From a bacterium (lineage in GTDB: Bacteria; SAR324; JACQKK01), in the NCBI GenBank assembly GCA_965240465.1, contig OZ251219.1, positions 1,152,001-1,216,000 of the forward strand: DNA of 64,000 nt, in the 5' to 3' direction. Within the stretch, counting starts at the first letter, position 1. Every line of letters begins with the position of its first letter. Shown piece by piece: positions 29,943 through 39,071 of this stretch. Below the pieces are notes generated by a model that worked only from the letters and a program-made list of their open reading frames with translations, made no database searches and was not told where the DNA came from. The position numbers were made by a program, and so were the translations under genes.

Positions 29943-31067
29943 ATGAATACAATTAAGCATTTTCAGCTTGGCACTTCTGGGGTACTGATATTATCTAATG
30001 GGAGGGTGTTTCGCGGAATGTTGAGGGGTGCGATCAGGTCTATTTCTGGGGAGGTTATATTTAACACTTCCATGACTGGGTATCAGGAGATTCTTACCGA
30101 TCCTTCATATTACAAGCAGATTGTCACTATGACATGCACTCAGATTGGCAATTACGGCATAAATGAAGAAGATGATCAATCTCGGCAGCCCTTTGCGGCG
30201 GCTTTGGTTATGCGAGAATTGAGTCCGATAGTGAGCAATTGGCGTAGTAGCATGAGTTTAGAGGAATACGCCTTAAAGCATGGCATTCCGTTGCTGGAGG
30301 GCATTGATACTCGTTCCTTGGTGATTGCCATTCGGGAGGAGGGTGCTGTTCCTGGGCTGCTGGCACCAGCAGATGAGGCTCCTATTGATCAACTTATCCA
30401 AAAAGCCCGACAGCTTCCGTGCATGGAGGGTCAGAGTTTGGTATCTGGTGTTAGTACTAAGGCTACCTATACTTTAGCATCTAAGGAGAATTTATTTCGG
30501 GTGGTCGCTTATGATTATGGCATCAAGCAAGGCATTCTGGATAGATTACAGCAGCAAGGTTTATCGGTGGAGGTGTTTCCCTTTGATACCAGTCCTGAGG
30601 TAATTTTGGAAAAGAAGCCCGATGGATTATTTCTTTCTAATGGACCTAGCGACCCTGAAGCTCTTACTGAGGCTGTTAGGAACATCCGAGCTTTACTGGG
30701 TCGGGTGCCTATTTTTGGCATTTGCTTGGGATGTCAGTTATTGGCTTTGGCTTTGGGGGGACGTACTTATAAGCTGAAATTTGGGCATCATGGTGTTAAT
30801 CATCCTGTTATGCGATTACAGGATCGTCGGGTGGAGATAACCAGCCAAAATCATGGCTTTGCGATCACAGAAGATAATCTCCCCGCCCAGATATGTATCA
30901 CACACCGCAATCTGAACGACCAAACCATAGCTGGTATTCAATCTACTGAGTATCCTGCTTTTGCGGTACAGTATCATCCTGAGGCTAGCCCTGGCCCTCA
31001 TGACTCTCGGTATTTATTTCAGCAATTCACGCAATTAATGCGAGATCATTCTCGGCAGTTGGCTTAG
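29943..31067 (+). CDS. carA: Carbamoyl-phosphate synthase small subunit
   Basis: GEVIFNTSMTGYQEILTDPSY, LSNGP, GICLGCQ, TSQNHGF, QYHPEASPGP. Confidence 0.97.
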   Translation: MNTIKHFQLGTSGVLILSNGRVFRGMLRGAIRSISGEVIFNTSMTGYQEILTDPSYYKQIVTMTCTQIGNYGINEEDDQSRQPFAAALVMRELSPIVSNWRSSMSLEEYALKHGIPLLEGIDTRSLVIAIREEGAVPGLLAPADEAPIDQLIQKARQLPCMEGQSLVSGVSTKATYTLASKENLFRVVAYDYGIKQGILDRLQQQGLSVEVFPFDTSPEVILEKKPDGLFLSNGPSDPEALTEAVRNIRALLGRVPIFGICLGCQLLALALGGRTYKLKFGHHGVNHPVMRLQDRRVEITSQNHGFAITEDNLPAQICITHRNLNDQTIAGIQSTEYPAFAVQYHPEASPGPHDSRYLFQQFTQLMRDHSRQLA

Positions 31068-31128
31068 GATTTTTTATTTATTAGGTGGTGGTGGTGGTGG
31101 GGGGGTAGATTAGTTTTTAAGGTTTTAT

Positions 31129-31177
31129 TGGCTTTGTGAGATGGCTTTGTGAGATGGCTTTGTGAGATGGCTTTGTC
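31129..31177. repeat. 13-bp tandem repeat (~3.6x)
   Basis: TGGCTTTGTGAGA repeated. Confidence 0.85.
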
Positions 31178-31246
31178 ATGTCCATGATTTTTGTTGACAT
31201 TGGGATCTAATATATCAAGAATGGCGGGTAGGTTAGGGATGTTTAA

Positions 31247-31380
31247 TTTCGGCTGTGATTTTCGGCTGTGATTTTCGGTTGTGATTTTCGGTTGTGATTT
31301 TCGGCTGTGGTTTTCGGTTGTGATTTTCGGCTGTGGCTTATGGCTATGGCTTTCGGCTGTGGCTTATGGCTCTCGGCTGT
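31247..31380. repeat. 13-bp tandem repeat (~7x) with degenerate tail
   Basis: TTTTCGG(C/T)TGTG(A/G) repeated. Confidence 0.9.
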
Positions 31381-31404
31381 TGTCTTCGGGCAAGGTTTTT
31401 AATT

Positions 31405-32481
31405 ATGAGAATTTTTAGTGTGTTTCACAGGTTGATGTTACGAGCATCGGTAGTGTCCTTGTTGGTGGGAGTACTATTGGCTTCTTGGACTACGATGGCT
31501 GTAGCTCGCGGTTTGAAGGGTGCACCTGCTCCCTTTGATAAAGGAGGCGTTAAAGTGGCGTTAATATCATTGGTGAGTAGCGGTGATTTTTTTCAGGCTT
31601 ATCGTAGCGGCGTTAAGGCTCAGGCGAGGTCCTTGGGTATCAAATTAAAAATCCTTGATGCTAGGAATGACCCAGCTATCCAAGGGGATTTAATGGAGCA
31701 AGCCATCAATAAAAAATACGATGGAATCATCATTGACCATGGCTTAACAGAAGTATTGTCACCACTGGTGGATAAGGCAATAAAGGCGGGCATTGAGGTG
31801 GTTGTCTTTGATGTTGATGTGAGTAATCCTAAAGCAATCCAAATTGAACAAAGTGATCACGCACTGGCACGTCTAGTATTGGAACAAGCCGTAAAAGATA
31901 ATGGCGTTAAATTTAGTGCTGGCTATGTGTATGTACCAGGATTCGCTCCTACCGACCGCCGTGATGAAGTCTGGCGGGAGTTCAAAAAAACCTACCGGGG
32001 CATTAATGAAAAGGCTCGTTTTGGGGCAATTAGCGACACCACCGCAACAACAGTTGCCGATCAAGCAGCCGCAGTTTTTCGAGCTAATCCAGACATCAGC
32101 GTGGTATTTGCTCCCTATGATGAATACGCCAAAGGCGTAAAACTCGCTGTTGATGAAGCAGGTATTAACAATCGGGTAAGGATTTATAGTGCCGATATAT
32201 CCACCACCGATATTAGACTGATGAAAGAAAAAGATAGTCCCTGGGTAGCCACCGCGGCTACCAATCCCGTGGTGGTAGGCCGAGTTAGTGTTCGCGCGGT
32301 AGCTTTGCTGATCGCAGGTGAAAGACCGAGCAAAAAGCTCGTTGTTCTTCCTGCTTTGGTGACTCAAGAACAGCTACGCACCAGTGGCATTAATAACATG
32401 CGTACTCTGGCTAAGAAAATATTCTCCTTTGGCAAAGCTAAAATCGCTAATCCAAACTGGATTCCAATCCCCAAACGTTAA
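31405..32481 (+). CDS. Sugar ABC transporter substrate-binding protein (RbsB-like), orphan
   Basis: Signal peptide, GDFFQAY, QAINKKYDGIII, VVVFD, APYDEYAKG. Confidence 0.85.
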   Translation: MRIFSVFHRLMLRASVVSLLVGVLLASWTTMAVARGLKGAPAPFDKGGVKVALISLVSSGDFFQAYRSGVKAQARSLGIKLKILDARNDPAIQGDLMEQAINKKYDGIIIDHGLTEVLSPLVDKAIKAGIEVVVFDVDVSNPKAIQIEQSDHALARLVLEQAVKDNGVKFSAGYVYVPGFAPTDRRDEVWREFKKTYRGINEKARFGAISDTTATTVADQAAAVFRANPDISVVFAPYDEYAKGVKLAVDEAGINNRVRIYSADISTTDIRLMKEKDSPWVATAATNPVVVGRVSVRAVALLIAGERPSKKLVVLPALVTQEQLRTSGINNMRTLAKKIFSFGKAKIANPNWIPIPKR

Positions 32482-32629
32482 CTGAATGTCAGTAGGAATT
32501 CCGTGCGTGTTATGCAGCTCTGGACAAACAGAGAGACCCAATGCCTGGACCCGATGCCTGTTGGGGCTGTCAAGTTTGACCTGTGCCGATAAAGAAGCTG
32601 TTTAGAAAAGGCGAGCAGATAAGTGAAGA

Positions 32630-34717
32630 ATGGCCAATAATAAGCGTCGTTTGAAGAGGGTGGATAAAGGGGAGAAGGGGATGGGAAGTGCGAGGAGTGG
32701 GGGTGCGAGAGGGGAGGGTTCGGAGGTGAGAGGGGGGAGTGGGGGTGCGAGAGGGTCGGAGGTGGATAAAGGAGAGAGGGGAAGGGAGAGAGGGTCGGAG
32801 GTGGATAAAGGAGAGAGGGGGGGTGGGGGTGCGGGGGGTAAGAATGCGGTTAAGCGTAAATCTTTGTTTAAGCAGGGGAATAGGGGGGGGGTATTGATGG
32901 TGCATCGGAATGGCTTTGGTTTTGTCAATGTGCCTGAGTTGCCCCGAGATTTATTTATTCCTCGTCGCCATCTGTCAGGAGCAATGGATGGCGATGGAGT
33001 GGAAGTAGAGATGCTACCGAGCAGGAAGGGAGGAGGAGGGGGTGGGGGTTCGGCAGCCAAGATAAGCAAGATTATTTGGCGGAAACGCACGTATGTGCGG
33101 GGGCGAATGCGGAAGGAAGGCAGGAGTTGGTTGCTAGAACCGCTTAATAAAAGGCTACCCTGGATGTATGTTGATGGAGTAGCTACCAGTACTAAAGAAG
33201 GGACTTTGGTGAGGGGACGCATCAGCGAGTATCCGAGTTCAGGAGGGTACGCTAGGGTGCAGTTTGAGCAGGTTATTTCGGAAGCCCAAGACATCCATGC
33301 CCTTTCGGCTCATATTTTGGACGATTTAGAGATTCGCCAGCATTTTCCCTCAGAATGCGAGGTCGCTGCTAAGGAGCTGAAGCAAAATCCTCCCGATATT
33401 AGTGGCCCCCATCGCTGTGATTTGAGGCAGCTTCCCTTTATCACCATTGATGGAGAATCTGCCCAAGACTTTGATGACGCCATTCACTTGGCAACCGAGG
33501 GCAAGAATTGGCGGTTGCGAGTAGCCATTGCCGATGTGTCTGCCTACCTCCCAAGCGACAGCCCGATTGATAATGAAGCCCGTCGGCGTGGTACCAGTGT
33601 CTATCTGCCAGATACGATGGTACCCATGTTACCGCGTGTTTTGTGTACCGATTTGTGTAGTTTAGTTCCTCATCAAGCTCGCGCGGTAATGGTTTGCGAT
33701 ATGCTCATCAACGGCAAGGGAGGGCGTATTAAGTATAGGATATATCATGCGACTATTATTAGCCAAGCTCGTTTGACCTATACTCAGGTGCAATCTTTTT
33801 TTAGTGATTCCGATGATTTGCCAAGAACTGCGGTTGGGGATTCTTTTGCACCCATGCTATCGGATATGCGGGAGCTCGCCCGCGTATTGCGTGAGTTAAG
33901 ACATGAGCGAGGGGCGTTAAATTTTGATTTTAGTGAGCCTCAGTTACAACTTGATAAACAAGGACGTCCCATCGGGATTGTTCTCAATAAGCCCACCGAG
34001 GCTACCCAGCTGATAGAGCAATTTATGCTGGAAGCCAATGAGACCACCGCTGTTCATGCCTTGAAGAATCGCTTGTCAGTGCTATTTCGGGTTCATGAGC
34101 CTCCGCCTACTGATAAGCTCCCAGAGGTGCTAGGGCAGCTAGAGAATTTTGGCATTTTAGCTACTGAGAAAGATTTGAGAAAGCCTAAGAAATTGCAAGA
34201 GTTATTAGTTCAGGCTCAGCAGCATCCTCTTTCTGAGACCGTCCAGTTGATATTACTTAAGAGCATGTCCCAAGCGGTGTACCATCATAAGAACATTGGG
34301 CATTTTGCCCTCAATGCTAGTTACTACACTCATTTTACCTCGCCGATAAGGCGTTACCCAGACCTGATACTCCATCGTGCCATTAGTGCGAGGCTATTGA
34401 ATAAGCCTCTTTTGCGATTATCGGGTGTGGAAGGATTATTATTATCTCAGGCTGAGCGTAGTGCTGCTACGGCGGAGCAGAGCATCAATCGGCTGTATCA
34501 GATTGTTCTTTTAGAGCCTCAGTTGGGAAGAACTTTTTCGGCTACCATTGCTTCAAGGAATGACTACGGACTTAATTTGCAATTGCATTCTCCGCCTGTG
34601 CGAGGATTTATGCCGCTCACTTCGGCTACGAGTACCAATCTTCAGGCTGGGCAAGATATTTCCTGCGTGTTGGTACGTGCTTCCCGAGCAGATTTGGAGC
34701 TAGAATTTTCTCTGTGA
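32630..34717 (+). CDS. rnr: Ribonuclease R (RNB family) with low-complexity G-rich N-terminus
   Basis: HRNGFGFV, ITIDGESAQDFDDAI, RGTSVY, IEQFMLEAN, YTHFTSPIRRYPDL. Confidence 0.93.
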   Translation: MANNKRRLKRVDKGEKGMGSARSGGARGEGSEVRGGSGGARGSEVDKGERGRERGSEVDKGERGGGGAGGKNAVKRKSLFKQGNRGGVLMVHRNGFGFVNVPELPRDLFIPRRHLSGAMDGDGVEVEMLPSRKGGGGGGGSAAKISKIIWRKRTYVRGRMRKEGRSWLLEPLNKRLPWMYVDGVATSTKEGTLVRGRISEYPSSGGYARVQFEQVISEAQDIHALSAHILDDLEIRQHFPSECEVAAKELKQNPPDISGPHRCDLRQLPFITIDGESAQDFDDAIHLATEGKNWRLRVAIADVSAYLPSDSPIDNEARRRGTSVYLPDTMVPMLPRVLCTDLCSLVPHQARAVMVCDMLINGKGGRIKYRIYHATIISQARLTYTQVQSFFSDSDDLPRTAVGDSFAPMLSDMRELARVLRELRHERGALNFDFSEPQLQLDKQGRPIGIVLNKPTEATQLIEQFMLEANETTAVHALKNRLSVLFRVHEPPPTDKLPEVLGQLENFGILATEKDLRKPKKLQELLVQAQQHPLSETVQLILLKSMSQAVYHHKNIGHFALNASYYTHFTSPIRRYPDLILHRAISARLLNKPLLRLSGVEGLLLSQAERSAATAEQSINRLYQIVLLEPQLGRTFSATIASRNDYGLNLQLHSPPVRGFMPLTSATSTNLQAGQDISCVLVRASRADLELEFSL

Positions 34718-34724
34718 GTATTTT

Positions 34725-35777
34725 TTATCTAGCAGCTTGGGCTACGTTATTTTTGTCGTAGATTTTGAAATCGCCCATTATGACCCATTTACCTTGGGGT
34801 CGGTTGGGATCTGCCTCAATGGTGAAAGTTCCCATTCTACCGGCTTCAAATTTTTCATATATTTCGCCCTGCATTTGACCAGTGCTGAGCAGATAAGTGG
34901 CGTAGTAGGTCAGGTAGCCGAGGTCGCGGAAATCCCAGAGGATAAATTTAGGAATGCAACCGTTGAGGGTATTTTCAAGCAGGTCTTTGGGTAGTCCCAA
35001 GCCTGAAACTCGCACTTTTTTGCAGTTTCTTTTATATTTAACTGCTTGGGCGGCTATCTTGGTGCCTAATACAGAAGGAGAAATAATAAGTTCCAGCAAG
35101 GGGTATTTATCCAGCAAAGCAAAGACGAGGTTATAGACTAGGGTAGGGTCATTATTGCCATAGACGATGTTCAGCAGTTTAATTTTGCCATATTTTTTAT
35201 TTTTGAATTCTTTTTTAATGTCTTTGATCCAGGCATTTTCTTGGGCGTTATTAGGGGAAGTAGCTAATATGACTACTTCACCAGATTTTTTAACGAGAGA
35301 GAGGCTTAGCTTTGCGATAGCTTCGCCCAGAAGGGAGAGATCCACAGGTGATATGAATAAATCTTCATTTTGGGCGGAGGGAATGGGAGTTTCCCAAGTT
35401 ACTATTTTCACTCCCTTTTTTTGGGCTATTGCAGCTGAGGGAACAATTCGATCTCCAGCGTTGTTGGCAAGCATGATGCCGTCTTTGCCTTGTTTGGCGA
35501 AATTTTTCACTGATTTTATTTGTTCTTCGGTACTATCTCCGCTGGAAACCCCAAAAAATATCAGTTGCCCCCGATTATTGAGATAGGTATGAGCTTCTTG
35601 AGCACCTTCATTAACTTGATCAAAGATGACCATGGAGATGAATTTCGGTAGTAGCACTAGGTCAGCTTTTTCACCCTTTTTTGCAGAGATTGTTTTTGCT
35701 AAGGTTGATGAACTTACTCCGCAGATTAGGTAAATTGTTAGGGAGATAGCCAAGCTAATGAGAACGAGTTTTTTCAT
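34725..35777 (-). CDS. Rhamnose/AI-2-type ABC substrate-binding protein (RhaS/LsrB-like), orphan
   Basis: LLPKF..FDQVNEGAQEA, QENAWI, VSGLGLP, FILWDFRDLGYL, FEAGRMG. Confidence 0.8.
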   Translation of the reverse strand: MKKLVLISLAISLTIYLICGVSSSTLAKTISAKKGEKADLVLLPKFISMVIFDQVNEGAQEAHTYLNNRGQLIFFGVSSGDSTEEQIKSVKNFAKQGKDGIMLANNAGDRIVPSAAIAQKKGVKIVTWETPIPSAQNEDLFISPVDLSLLGEAIAKLSLSLVKKSGEVVILATSPNNAQENAWIKDIKKEFKNKKYGKIKLLNIVYGNNDPTLVYNLVFALLDKYPLLELIISPSVLGTKIAAQAVKYKRNCKKVRVSGLGLPKDLLENTLNGCIPKFILWDFRDLGYLTYYATYLLSTGQMQGEIYEKFEAGRMGTFTIEADPNRPQGKWVIMGDFKIYDKNNVAQAAR

Positions 35778-36004
35778 TTATGCTTCCATTTTTGAGGTTG
35801 TGTTAGTTGCCCCCGATTATTGAGATTTGACAGCTAGCAATATTTATCATGATAATTCCCAGAACATCTTGTAGCTATGATACAGAAATAAGATTATCAG
35901 TACAAAAGACTTTTTATTTTTAGTTATTTTTGCTAGAAGTGCTGGTGATATTTTTTTATATTTGCTTATTTTAGTTATCCTATTTATCAATGAACGCCTA
36001 AGCC

Positions 36005-38773
36005 ATGCACCTTGTGATTGTAGAGTCTCCAGCGAAGGCACGTACGGTTTCGCGTTATTTAGGCAAGGATTACGTGGTGGAGTCCAGCATTGGGCATGTG
36101 CGTGATTTGCCTCAATCGGCAAAGGAGATTCCAGCCTCCCTGAAAAAAGAGCCGTGGTCCCGCTTGGGTATTGATATTACCAATAATTTTCAACCTTTGT
36201 ATGTGATCCCTGAAAAAAAGAAATCTCATGTACAAAAACTAAAACGACTACTGAAAAATGCCGATAGCTTGTACTTAGCTACTGATGGTGATCGCGAGGG
36301 AGAATCAATCAGCTGGCATTTGCGAGAAGTACTTCAGCCTAAGGTACCAGTATCCAGATTGGTGTTTCATGAAATTACCTCCAGCGCGATTGAAGAATCT
36401 CTGAAAAATCCCCGTGATATAGATCAGCGTTTAGTTCGTTCTCAGGAAACTCGTCGGGTGCTGGACCGCCTGTACGGTTATGAAATATCTCCCATTTTGT
36501 GGCGAGTGATCGGCTCAGCTCGTTCTGCAGGGCGAGTGCAAAGCGTAGCGGTTCGTCTGACAGTGATGCGTGAACGCGAACGTATTAAATTTTGCTCGGC
36601 ACAATGGTGCGATATCCAAGTAGAACTGGAAATTGATGGACAATCGTTCACCGCAGTACTGCAATCGGTTGATGGTAGGCGTCTAGCGGTCAGCAAGGAT
36701 TTCTCTGATGCCGATGGTCAACCCCTCCCCCCCCCTCCTCAATCCCAATCCCCTCAATCCCAATCCCCTCAATCCCAATCCCCTCAATCCCAAGAACTAT
36801 TGTGGCTGAAAATCTCTGATGCCAATTCACTCGCCCAGCAATTGAAACAAGCCAAATGGCAGGTAAGTGAGGTGCAAGATAAACCCTTCTCATCTAAGCC
36901 GCCACCGCCATTTATAACTTCTACTTTGCAGCAACAAGCCAGCGGAAAATTGTATTTCTCACCCCGAAAAACAATGCAAATAGCCCAAAATCTCTACGAA
37001 CAAGGTCACATTACCTACATGCGTACCGATTCTACTACTCTGTCTCAGCAAGCACTAAAGGCCATTACCAGCCAAATTAGTGCTCTCTTTGGCAATGAGT
37101 ACCTTCCCGCCTCGCCACGAAAATACACCAGTAAGGTGAAAAATGCCCAAGAAGCACACGAAGCAATTAGACCCTCGGGCAGTCAATTCAAAAAACCCGA
37201 ACAACTAAACTTATCAAACGATGAACAAAAGCTGTATAAACTCATCTGGCAACGCACTCTGGCATGCCAAATGAAAGACAGCCTAGGCACCCGAACTCAA
37301 ATTCTTATCAATGCCCAGCTCAATGATAAAAAAATCGCCCTGTTTCATGCCAACGGTCAGGTCATAAAATTTCAAGGCTGGCTAAAAGTAATGTCCACAA
37401 CAGGCAATGATAATCAACAAGTTCCTAATCAACAAGTTCCTAATCAACAAGTTCCTAATCAACAAGATCCAAATACGCCAGCTCCCGAACTAACTAAAAA
37501 ATCCCCTCCCAGTCAGGATAAACTTCTACCCCCCCTCAAAAAAGGCGATACCCTGCAAGCTGGCAACCTTCAACCCCGAGAACACGCCACTCAGCCGCCT
37601 CCTCGCTATAATGATGCATCCTTAATTAAGGAGTTAGAAAGTCGGGGGATCGGTCGGCCGAGTACTTATGCATCCATTATAGACACTATTTTGTATAGGG
37701 GTTATGTGCTGAAGAAGTCATCGGCATTGTTTCCGACTTTTACCGCTTTTGCGTTGGTGCAGTTGTTGGAGCGTCATTTTTCGTCCTTGATTGACTTTGA
37801 TTTTACGGCTCGCATGGAGGACATTTTGGATGCTATTTCCCGAGGTGATGCCGAGTATTTGCCATATTTAGAGGGATTTTATCATGGCTCTGAGCGTTTA
37901 TCGGGATCTTCCAAGGAGGTTATGGAGAAGAAGTTTCCAGTGAGTTTGGTGGGTTTGAAGCAGATGTTAAAAGCGGAGATTAATGCTCGGGAGGTATGTT
38001 CGTTATCTTTATTGGCGGGCGAGGATTTGGATGTAGTGGTGAGGGTTGGTCGTTGGGGTCCATTTTTGGAAGACAGCGAAGGCAAGCGAGTGTCTTTACC
38101 GCCTGAGATGGTTCCTGATGAGTTGACTATTGAGCGGGTGAATACACTGTTAGAGCAACAGACTGCTGGGGGATCTTTGGGGAAGGATTCTAAGAGTGGG
38201 AAGACGGTGTTTTTGAAGAATGGTCGTTATGGTCTCTATGTTCAGTTGGGAGAGACAGGTGAGGAGCCGAAGATGAAGTCGTTGTTGCCAGATCAAGTTT
38301 CTCAGGATTTAACCTTGGAGGATGCTTTGCGATTATTATCTTTACCTCGCGAGGTGGGGGAATCTGGAACGGGGGAGATGATTTTAGCTGATTATGGTCG
38401 TTATGGTCCTTATTTACGTTGCGGGAAAGAGACTCGTAGTTTGGAGGATCACCAGTTGATTTTCAGTTGTACTGTTGCTGAGGCTGAGGCTGTGTTAGCG
38501 AAGCCGAGGGCAGTTCGTCGGGTGACTGTTTTACATTCTTTGGGGAAGGATTCTGGTGGCAAGGAGGTAAAAATTTGCTCGGGGAGGTATGGTCCTTATG
38601 TTACTGATGGCGATATTAATGCTTCTCTTCCAAGGGGTCAGGCTCCTGAGGAGTTGAAGTTGGAAGAGGCTTTGGAGTTATTGCGTGCCAAATCAGCTAA
38701 GGGACCTGCTACCAAGAAATATGGTCGCCAAGTCAGAAGAGGCGGAAAGACTACCGCAAAAGGTCGGTACTGA
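36005..38773 (+). CDS. topA: DNA topoisomerase I with C-terminal Toprim_C repeats
   Basis: LVIVESPAKA, ATDGDREGE, SAGRVQS, ITYMRTDS, QEAHEAIRP, GIGRPSTY, repeated GR(W/Y)G(P/L)(F/Y). Confidence 0.98.
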   Translation: MHLVIVESPAKARTVSRYLGKDYVVESSIGHVRDLPQSAKEIPASLKKEPWSRLGIDITNNFQPLYVIPEKKKSHVQKLKRLLKNADSLYLATDGDREGESISWHLREVLQPKVPVSRLVFHEITSSAIEESLKNPRDIDQRLVRSQETRRVLDRLYGYEISPILWRVIGSARSAGRVQSVAVRLTVMRERERIKFCSAQWCDIQVELEIDGQSFTAVLQSVDGRRLAVSKDFSDADGQPLPPPPQSQSPQSQSPQSQSPQSQELLWLKISDANSLAQQLKQAKWQVSEVQDKPFSSKPPPPFITSTLQQQASGKLYFSPRKTMQIAQNLYEQGHITYMRTDSTTLSQQALKAITSQISALFGNEYLPASPRKYTSKVKNAQEAHEAIRPSGSQFKKPEQLNLSNDEQKLYKLIWQRTLACQMKDSLGTRTQILINAQLNDKKIALFHANGQVIKFQGWLKVMSTTGNDNQQVPNQQVPNQQVPNQQDPNTPAPELTKKSPPSQDKLLPPLKKGDTLQAGNLQPREHATQPPPRYNDASLIKELESRGIGRPSTYASIIDTILYRGYVLKKSSALFPTFTAFALVQLLERHFSSLIDFDFTARMEDILDAISRGDAEYLPYLEGFYHGSERLSGSSKEVMEKKFPVSLVGLKQMLKAEINAREVCSLSLLAGEDLDVVVRVGRWGPFLEDSEGKRVSLPPEMVPDELTIERVNTLLEQQTAGGSLGKDSKSGKTVFLKNGRYGLYVQLGETGEEPKMKSLLPDQVSQDLTLEDALRLLSLPREVGESGTGEMILADYGRYGPYLRCGKETRSLEDHQLIFSCTVAEAEAVLAKPRAVRRVTVLHSLGKDSGGKEVKICSGRYGPYVTDGDINASLPRGQAPEELKLEEALELLRAKSAKGPATKKYGRQVRRGGKTTAKGRY
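36736..36792. repeat. 15-bp in-frame repeat (PQSQS) within topA
   Basis: CCTCAATCCCAATCC repeated ~4x. Confidence 0.9.
37411..37466. repeat. 15-bp in-frame repeat (NQQVP) within topA
   Basis: TAATCAACAAGTTCC repeated ~3.7x. Confidence 0.9.
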
Positions 38774-38930
38774 AATAGGTCGGTACTGAAATAGGTCGGT
38801 ACTGAAATAGGTCGGTACTGAAAGAGGTCGGTACTGAAAGAGGTCGGTACTGAAAGAGGTCGGTACTGAAAGAGGTCGGTACTGAAAGAGGTCGGTACTG
38901 AAAGAGGTCGGTACTGAAATAGGTCGGTAC
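38761..38930. repeat. 16-bp tandem repeat (~10.6x) beginning on the topA stop codon
   Basis: AGGTCGGTACTGAAA(T/G). Confidence 0.97.
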
Positions 38931-39003
38931 CGAAGAACAAAGAAGAAACCGTAGCAGTCGGAAAGTGATTAATTTTACGGGGGGGGGGTCGTTTGTATTT
39001 AGG

Positions 39004-39071
39004 CGGGTTGGATGTATATTCGGGTTGGATGTATATTCGGGTTGGATGTATATTCGGGTTGGATGTATATT
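39004..39071. repeat. 17-bp tandem repeat x4 abutting the recJ stop
   Basis: CGGGTTGGATGTATATT. Confidence 0.93.

Noticed and set aside
32602-33294. 230-aa Pro-rich minus-strand ORF and other antisense ORFs (20266-20901, 62265-62933, 12561-13052)
   Set aside because: Shadows of well-supported genes on the opposite strand
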